Positions 63,661 through 64,000 of a stretch of DNA of 64,000 nt are shown here, in pieces. The first letter of the stretch is position 1. Each line of letters begins with the position of its first letter. This DNA is from Octopus vulgaris (taxonomy: Eukaryota): NCBI GenBank assembly GCA_951406725.2, contig OX597821.1, positions 97,526,001 through 97,590,000 on the forward strand. The letters run 5' to 3'. The notes beneath the pieces were generated by a model that ran no database searches, had not been told where the DNA came from, and was given only the letters and a program-made list of their open reading frames with translations. The position numbers and the translations under genes are program-made.

Positions 63661-63928
63661 CGGAGTGGTTGGCGTTAGGAAGGGCATCCAGCCGTAGAAA
63701 CACTGCCAGATCTGACTGGGCCTGATGAAGCCTTTTGGCTTCACAGACCCCAGTTGAACCGTCCAACCCATGCTAGCATGGAAAACGGACGCTAAATGAT
63801 GATGATGATGATGATGATGATATATATATTGGTAAAAATGGTAAGATAACAAAAGAAAGAAAGAGACCTCAATATTATGTAAATAGAGGAAATTTATCTG
63901 TAAAATAATATGTGACAATTATTTGGTA

Positions 63929-63998
63929 GCCAACATAAAACTCTGAGTTTCAGATGCCAAGGTGGAAATCTACACCACCATCTCTTCGGTTATCTGGC
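63929..63998 (-). ncRNA. Type I hammerhead-like motif (CCGA core variant)
   Basis: Minus strand: gccag.ataa-CCGAAGA-gatg.gtgg...ccac...catct-GAAA-ctc/a/gag-TT-ttat.g.ttggc. Confidence 0.6.
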
Positions 63999-64000
63999 CA

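Overview
AT-rich, repeat-dense animal genomic DNA. The SINE and LINE repertoire strongly suggests an Octopus species (inference). The + strand carries the last eight coding exons of IFT74 (390-38046). All splice phases join into one ORF, and the last intron (35072-37930) is a U12-type minor-spliceosome intron. A + strand exon at 60320-60604 encodes a signal peptide and resembles the N-terminus of a CACHD1/alpha2delta-like protein. The rest is mostly mobile DNA: three tRNA-derived SINE families; RTE, Tx1/L1, CR1/L2-like and R4/Dong LINE fragments; mariner/Tc1 derivatives; MITEs; non-autonomous Helitrons; Penelope-like pieces; and microsatellites. The main unannotated signal is a set of about ten type I hammerhead-ribozyme motifs from several different sequence families. 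Several have very long stem II and palindromic stem III. They cluster at 38.4-43.7 kb just downstream of IFT74, mostly inside (TA)n arrays and next to long inverted repeats. All folds and similarities were read by eye, and repeat boundaries are approximate.
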